DNA of 38,874 bases from the IMG/VR virus record IMGVR_UViG_3300029381_000023, one strand, 5' to 3'. This stretch comes from a virus. Below are positions 35,258 through 38,874 of the stretch, piece by piece (position 1 is the first letter of the stretch; every line of letters begins with the position of its first letter). A program made the translations under genes and the position numbers. Below the pieces are notes generated by a model, which was not told where the DNA came from, searched no databases, and saw nothing but the letters and a program-made list of their open reading frames with translations.

Positions 35258-35408
35258 TTAACCAAAACCAACTAATTATACTAACTGCTACATAAAAGTT
35301 GCTAGAACGGGCTAAAAAGCCCCAATAATCAAGTTTTATGTAAATAACCAAACTCAATATTAATAACAATATTGTCAAAACCACCTTAACCCATTTTCTT
35401 AATTTCAT
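35217..35408 (-). CDS. Small two-TM membrane protein (63 aa; start trimmed), first gene of the early operon
   Basis: MKLRKWVKVVLTILLLILSLVIYI... ATG 35408 lies 9 nt after AGGAGG. The track's GTG 35450 would lie in the promoter region. Confidence 0.55.
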   Translation of the reverse strand: MKLRKWVKVVLTILLLILSLVIYIKLDYWGFLARSSNFYVAVSIISWFWLIVGQMVIYSRIWR

Positions 35409-35440
35409 TTTTTTCATCCTCCTTTCGTATGTATGTATAT

Positions 35441-35469
35441 ATACTAACACTTTTTTGCTACATTGTCAA
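35441..35469 (-). promoter_or_regulatory. Early promoter TTGACA-N17-TAGTAT
   Basis: -35 at 35464-35469. -10 at 35441-35446. About 25 nt upstream of the SD of the first early gene. Confidence 0.55.
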
Positions 35470-35473
35470 TACC

Positions 35474-35520
35474 TTTTGTATACTCTTTTTATACTTTTTG
35501 TATATTTGCGCTTTTGCATA
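35474..35520. repeat. Operator-like direct repeats TTTTG(T/C)ATA x3 just upstream of the early -35
   Basis: ttttgtata at 35474 and 35496 (22 bp apart) and ttttgcata at 35512. Includes the inverted pair gtata/tatac. Confidence 0.5.
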
Positions 35521-35542
35521 AAAAAACAGACTTTTTAGTCTG
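35520..35542 (-). terminator. Intrinsic terminator
   Basis: Minus-strand RNA is CAGACU-AAAA-AGUCUG followed by UUUUUUU. Confidence 0.55.
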
Positions 35543-35625
35543 CCTAAAAACCCAAAAGATAAAAATGAAAAAAGCATTGCCTTTGAAAGGGGGCTGGGTT
35601 TTTAATGCTAGGGTGAAATCTAGCT
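35520..35625 (-). ncRNA. Candidate ~100-nt phage sRNA bounded by its own promoter and terminator
   Basis: Lies between promoter 35632-35660 and terminator 35520-35542. Internal pairings: AAAAACCCA/UGGGUUUUU, AGCAUU/AAUGCU, GCUAG/CUAGC. The only ORF lacks an SD. Confidence 0.4.
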
Positions 35626-35631
35626 AATAAT

Positions 35632-35660
35632 AATATATCACTTATAAATAAAATTGTCAA
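35632..35660 (-). promoter_or_regulatory. Promoter TTGACA-N17-TATATT (spacer ends TGA) immediately after the tRNA
   Basis: -35 at 35655-35660. -10 at 35632-35637. Exact 17-nt spacer. Confidence 0.65.
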
Positions 35661-35661
35661 T

Positions 35662-35736
35662 TGGACAAGGTGGTGGGATTTGAACCCACGTATACATTAT
35701 TTGCAGTAATGCTCCTAGCCACTTGGATACACCTTG
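35662..35736 (-). tRNA. tRNA-Cys: tRNA-Cys (anticodon GCA), CCA-encoded
   Basis: Folded by hand: acceptor CAAGGUG/CACCUUG, D arm UCCA-AGUGGCU-AGGA, anticodon arm CAUUA-CUGCAAA-UAAUG, variable loop UAUAC, T arm GUGGG-UUCAAAU-CCCAC, discriminator U73, 3' CCA. Confidence 0.9.
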
Positions 35737-35757
35737 ATAAAGAAGAAATTAATCTTC

Positions 35758-36114
35758 TTATTTAACAATCCAGCAATACTCGGCTTGTCTTTCGCGACAA
35801 TCGAAACTATCATAAATAACACCATATTTAGAACAAACAATATGCCCAGTCATTGTTATAAGAATAACATTGTCGTTGTATTTTGCTGATACTTCTCCGA
35901 CCGATAAATTATATGTGGGTACTCTTTCATATCGTTCGTCTAAAAAATCAAGTATAAAATCTCTATCGTCTAACATAGTTCCTTTTAACCTTGCTTTGTT
36001 GCTTAAATATTGGTATGTATCATCCCAACTATTGCCTGTTGCAAGGCTTATTGACCTTATTACACAATCGTTCTCGAATAAGCCTAAAGCATTGTTATTA
36101 TAAAATTTATACAT
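35758..36114 (-). CDS. Cassette protein P7 (118 aa): candidate papain/transglutaminase-fold Cys-His-Asp enzyme
   Basis: ENDCVIRSISLATG (Cys17), MTGHIVC (His91), VIYDSFD (Asp). TAATG junction with P6. The fold assignment is a guess from spacing. Confidence 0.6.
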   Translation of the reverse strand: MYKFYNNNALGLFENDCVIRSISLATGNSWDDTYQYLSNKARLKGTMLDDRDFILDFLDERYERVPTYNLSVGEVSAKYNDNVILITMTGHIVCSKYGVIYDSFDCRERQAEYCWIVK

Positions 36115-36650
36115 TACATTTCACTTATCTTACGTGCAGTTTTTCTAACCTTTTCGATTTTATCTTGGCTATCGGCTTCTTGCATTATTAAATAAGTAAA
36201 ATCTTCAAGGCTTTGTAACATTTTATCAAAAGATTTTTCTGTTTCTCTATCATTTCCATAAGTATCTCTACCCTCAGAATAATCACCGTAGTGTTCGCCC
36301 ATTTCTTCAATCATGTCATATCCGCGATAGCGACCTCTTCCAGTTCCAGGTACACCTCTTCTTCCGTATGAACCATCCATATATCTTCCACGGCTATCTC
36401 TTGAACGGCCACCATTATAACTATCGTCCATAAAATAATCTCTTCCTCTATACATACTTTCTTCCTCCTTTTCTTTCCAGTATTTTTCATTTTCAATATC
36501 TTTATGAATATCTATTAATTTGTATAAAAGTTCTACATTTGCAGTTTGCAAACCATTTTCGGTTATTTGTTTTATTATTCTTTCAACTTCAGATTTTGTT
36601 TTTATTAAAACATCTTCTTTAGTTTCTTCAATTTTGTTCTCTTCTTCCAT
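36114..36650 (-). CDS. Cassette protein P6 (178 aa): helical ends flanking an Arg/Gly/Tyr/Asp-rich disordered core
   Basis: YRGRDYFMDDSYNGGRSRDSRGRYMDGSYGRRGVPGTGRGRYRGYD. Strong GGAAGGAGG SD. Confidence 0.7.
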   Translation of the reverse strand: MEEENKIEETKEDVLIKTKSEVERIIKQITENGLQTANVELLYKLIDIHKDIENEKYWKEKEEESMYRGRDYFMDDSYNGGRSRDSRGRYMDGSYGRRGVPGTGRGRYRGYDMIEEMGEHYGDYSEGRDTYGNDRETEKSFDKMLQSLEDFTYLIMQEADSQDKIEKVRKTARKISEM

Positions 36651-36831
36651 CTGAAATGCCTCCTTCCTTTAATAATCGTATTATCTCCTCATATTGCTTA
36701 TCTTGTTTATTTAAATGATTTTCTAATTTTTCAATTTGTTTGTCATTCAAGTTTAAGTTTTCAACGCCAATAATAAAAGATAATATATTTATTAAATTGA
36801 ATAAATACTCATTATTGTTTTCAGTATTCAT
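36628..36831 (-). CDS. Cassette protein P5 (67 aa): hydrophobic N-terminal segment plus a charged helix
   Basis: LFNLINILSFIIGV then KQIEKLENHLNKQDKQYEEIIRLLKE. TAATG junction with P4 and a 23-nt overlap with P6. Confidence 0.6.
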   Translation of the reverse strand: MNTENNNEYLFNLINILSFIIGVENLNLNDKQIEKLENHLNKQDKQYEEIIRLLKEGGISDGRREQN

Positions 36832-37289
36832 TATGATCTTTTGCTAATTCTAAAGTTAGCATTTTGATATAAAGGTATTTGTGTAGCAGTTGGTGTTCCG
36901 GTTGCAGTTGTACCAGTTAAAACACTAGGTACTGATTGTACTGTTAAAGTGGCTTCACCTCTGCAACAAATTGGCACTGTTTTAGTAAATGCAACATTTA
37001 CATAATCACCAGCAGTTGCTATATCAGCGATAACAGTTGTTCCTGGCAATAGAACTCCGTCCATATATAAACCTAAAGCAACTTGTCCAGCGGTTGCACT
37101 TGTTACATTTGCGTTAAAAGTAACATCATAGTTTCCACCATTTAAAATCTTATAAAGTGGTGAACCTTGTGAATGTTGAAGAAAACCATAGCAATTAGCA
37201 CATCTTGTTCTTATACAATCCATAGAAAATGTTAAAGGGCTAGAATTTGAAGCAAGTAAAACTGGTGTTTCTTGATAACTTTGTATCAT
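36831..37289 (-). CDS. Cassette protein P4 (152 aa): C1q/TNF-like jelly-roll resembling the BclA C-terminal domain; 5 Cys
   Basis: YKILNGGNYDVTFNANVTSATAGQVALGLYMDGVLLPGTTVIADIATAGDYVNVAFTKTV...EATLTVQSV strand pattern. Thr-rich TGTTATGTPTATQ. Confidence 0.7.
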   Translation of the reverse strand: MIQSYQETPVLLASNSSPLTFSMDCIRTRCANCYGFLQHSQGSPLYKILNGGNYDVTFNANVTSATAGQVALGLYMDGVLLPGTTVIADIATAGDYVNVAFTKTVPICCRGEATLTVQSVPSVLTGTTATGTPTATQIPLYQNANFRISKRS

Positions 37290-37316
37290 AATATCATTCC
37301 TTTCTTATAAATTATT

Positions 37317-37345
37317 TAAAAAAGAGATAGGGCTTTCCTATCTCT
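37317..37345 (-). terminator. Strong intrinsic terminator in the middle of the cassette (between P3 and P4)
   Basis: agagatagg-gcttt-cctatctct, a 9-bp stem, followed on the minus strand by UUUUUU. Confidence 0.8.
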
Positions 37346-37390
37346 AAAAATAGTAAGCACTTGTAATCAAGTTCCTGTAATCAGGTCTTA

Positions 37391-38155
37391 CTAAAAATTT
37401 CCACATCCGCATCCGCTTGTTACTTGATAATTATAGCAGCAATTAGGGTTTGGCACTATGTAACTAGGGGATGGGCAAGGTTTTAATTCACTTAATAAAT
37501 AAGCATTTTGTGCTGATTGACTAGCAGACAATCTTAATGCGTTAATTTCATTTTGTTGAGCAGTAATTTGAGCATTTTTGTCCTCAATTCTATTAGCGAC
37601 TATTTCATCATGTAAAGCACGATAGTTAGCATTGACAGTATCAACTATATCTCTAGTATTCATATTCATTGTGTTTTGTAAAGCACAAGTATTAGTTGCT
37701 AGATTGTAGTTAACCCCTTGAATATCGCTTCTTAAATTACAACAACAACTTGCTAAATCACTTGATAAGTTATTAATAGCATTTCTAGTTTCATAACCAT
37801 TTGCCATAATTGAATTATTAACGCCAGCAAAACCATTTAATAGGCTTGTATTCATAGCATAGAAACCATCACATATTCCATTTTGAATATATCTTGATTG
37901 TGCTGTTAAATCATTGAAACCATCGCTTAGTTGTCTTTGAATTGTGGCAAAATCAGAAGCAAGTACATAATTATCGGTAGCACCTGAACCATTACCACCA
38001 CCAAAGCCATTACCATTTCTACCCCAGCCCATAAAGGCAAAGATTAAAAAAATAATAACCCACCAACTACCATTATCTCCAAAACCATCATTGTTTCCAT
38101 TTCTTCCAGATAATAGAGCAACATCAGAAGCAGTTAATCCACTTTCTCCTCTCAT
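37391..38155 (-). CDS. Cassette protein P3 (254 aa): Gly/Asn-rich, one TM, Asn-rich helical region with a CCC motif, coiled coil, Cys-rich C-terminus
   Basis: WWVIIFLIFAFMGWG TM flanked by GNNDGFGDNG and GNGFGGGNGSG. Also SCCCN, NAQITAQQNEINALRL, and the C-terminus KPCPSPSYIVPNPNCCYNYQVTSGCGCGNF. 10 Cys in total. Confidence 0.75.
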   Translation of the reverse strand: MRGESGLTASDVALLSGRNGNNDGFGDNGSWWVIIFLIFAFMGWGRNGNGFGGGNGSGATDNYVLASDFATIQRQLSDGFNDLTAQSRYIQNGICDGFYAMNTSLLNGFAGVNNSIMANGYETRNAINNLSSDLASCCCNLRSDIQGVNYNLATNTCALQNTMNMNTRDIVDTVNANYRALHDEIVANRIEDKNAQITAQQNEINALRLSASQSAQNAYLLSELKPCPSPSYIVPNPNCCYNYQVTSGCGCGNF

Positions 38156-38222
38156 ATAAATTCTCCTTTCTTTATATTTAAAATACTTGGGAATTGCAAA
38201 ATTATATTAAAAACCAAATATT

Positions 38223-38447
38223 TTATTTAAACATTTCTTTGAAATTATTAAATTCTTGGTCAAAATCTTTTCCTTGACTTTTCATATAATTTCTAGCAAA
38301 ATTTTCAACACCTTTTGTGTCGCCTTTGTTTGCCATATCAATTAAATTTTTAAATATGGGATTGTTATTTTGAGATAGCATTTTCATTGCCATATCTTTT
38401 GGATTACCAATTCCCATCATGCCTTTTATCATATTTAAAGGGTTCAT
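38223..38447 (-). CDS. Cassette protein P2 (74 aa): Met/Asn-rich helical protein
   Basis: MNPLNMIKGMMGIGNPKDMAMKMLSQNNNP... GGAGGA SD. 3-nt gap to P1. Confidence 0.65.
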   Translation of the reverse strand: MNPLNMIKGMMGIGNPKDMAMKMLSQNNNPIFKNLIDMANKGDTKGVENFARNYMKSQGKDFDQEFNNFKEMFK

Positions 38448-38450
38448 AAA

Positions 38451-38874
38451 TTAATCCTCCTTTTTAGTTTTTAATTTGTTTTTAATATCTTTTAACTCTT
38501 TTTTTAAATCTTCTAAATCGTCTTTTAAATCATCAATTTCACTAAAATCTAATTTTTCAAGTCTTTTGTCTATATCTTCAATGGTTGCAAATTTCATGTC
38601 TTCTTTTTGCATTTTAGGTTCATAAATAGTTATTTTGCTTGTTCCGTCTTGTTGTAACTGTTTTGTTACTATTGCACTACCATTAGCAAGTGGGAAGTAG
38701 CTTACAGAACCATCTAATGGTATATCAATAGCTTTTACTACTTCTAAACTATCAACTTGCTTTCCATATAGCATATTTTGTCTATTTAAAGCCATTTGTG
38801 GTGCATTTTGAGTTTGCATAGGCATTTCCATCGGCTGAGGTCTATTCATTTGTTGTGCACCATAATATTGGTTT
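38451..38874 (-). CDS. Cassette protein P1 (body; the N-terminus continues at 118-134 on the circle, 146 aa in total): Q/M/P/N/Y-rich N-terminus, small beta domain, charged coiled coil
   Basis: (MYNPYLNQYYGAQQ)MNRPQPMEMPMQTQNAPQM..., then VDSLEVVKAIDIPLDGSVSYFPLANGSAIVTKQLQQDGTSKITIYEP, then DDLKDDLEDLKKELKDIKNKLK. Confidence 0.7.
   Translation of the reverse strand, partial: NQYYGAQQMNRPQPMEMPMQTQNAPQMALNRQNMLYGKQVDSLEVVKAIDIPLDGSVSYFPLANGSAIVTKQLQQDGTSKITIYEPKMQKEDMKFATIEDIDKRLEKLDFSEIDDLKDDLEDLKKELKDIKNKLKTKKED
38758..38874. repeat. Window-terminal direct repeat, copy 2 (identical to 1-117)
   Basis: Same 117 nt as bases 1-117. Confidence 0.95.

Noticed and set aside
35445-35564. 39-aa ORF (MLFSFLSFGF...) inside the candidate sRNA and operator region
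   Set aside because: It has no SD, runs through a terminator and a promoter, and its Phe/Leu-rich translation is typical of T-rich non-coding sequence.
1139-36191. All plus-strand ORFs in the track (1139..1345, 2506..2703, 7404..7784, 8118..8501, 19198..19494, 21293..21670, 25541..25957, 33035..33349 and others)
   Set aside because: Each lies antisense inside a well-supported minus-strand gene. They have low-complexity Phe/Leu/Ile/Ser-rich translations typical of the antisense frame of AT-rich coding DNA, and none has an SD.
36311-36496. 61-aa ORF nested in another frame of P6; similar nested ORFs at 23352..23564 and 19797..20000
   Set aside because: They are fully embedded in longer, better-supported ORFs on the same strand. 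They have no SD and a composition-driven open frame.
38171-38199. TTGCAA-N17-TATAAA promoter-like sequence between P2 and P3
   Set aside because: The predicted start site would fall within or after the P3 SD (38161-38167), leaving no functional leader. It is probably a chance match in AT-rich DNA.
1-38874. CRISPR arrays, diversity-generating retroelement, stop-codon reassignment, integrase/att sites
   Set aside because: There are no spaced direct-repeat arrays and no reverse transcriptase motif. ORFs are long and contiguous under the standard code with TAA, TAG and TGA all used as stops. No recombinase motifs were seen.

Overview
The window is a complete phage genome. Bases 1-117 are identical to 38758-38874, so the replicon is circular or circularly permuted, with 38,757 unique bp. 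It is very AT-rich, has siphovirus-type gene order, and its lysis genes point to a low-GC Gram-positive host. From memory only, the size and layout resemble ~38-39 kb Clostridium siphoviruses; I could not check this. Every credible gene is on the minus strand. Order along the minus strand from the right edge: (1) a seven-gene uncharacterised Cys/Gly/Asn/Tyr-rich cassette (38874->35758), whose first gene wraps around the window edge, followed by tRNA-Cys(GCA). (2) A hub of promoter, candidate sRNA, terminator, operator-like repeats and early promoter. (3) Early and replication genes: a small RHH protein, a PD-(D/E)XK::Sak4-like fusion, a GIY-YIG homing endonuclease, an SSB-like protein, an AbrB-like protein, a DUF1376-like replication protein carrying 11-bp-phased CATATG iterons, a DnaB-type helicase, many small ORFs, methyltransferase genes, YopX and an ERCC4 nuclease. 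(4) Packaging genes: HNH, TerS, TerL and portal. (5) An accessory island with its own consensus promoter between portal and the MuF-type head protein. (6) A HAD phosphatase, a self-contained HNH homing-endonuclease cassette and a Com-like zinc-ribbon micro-ORF. (7) Scaffold, capsid, connectors, tail, tape measure, baseplate and fibre. (8) Holin, amidase endolysin, two membrane proteins and a sigma region-4-like protein. I saw no integrase, CI-type repressor, CRISPR array, reverse transcriptase or rRNA. All family names come from motif recognition by eye; no searches were run.
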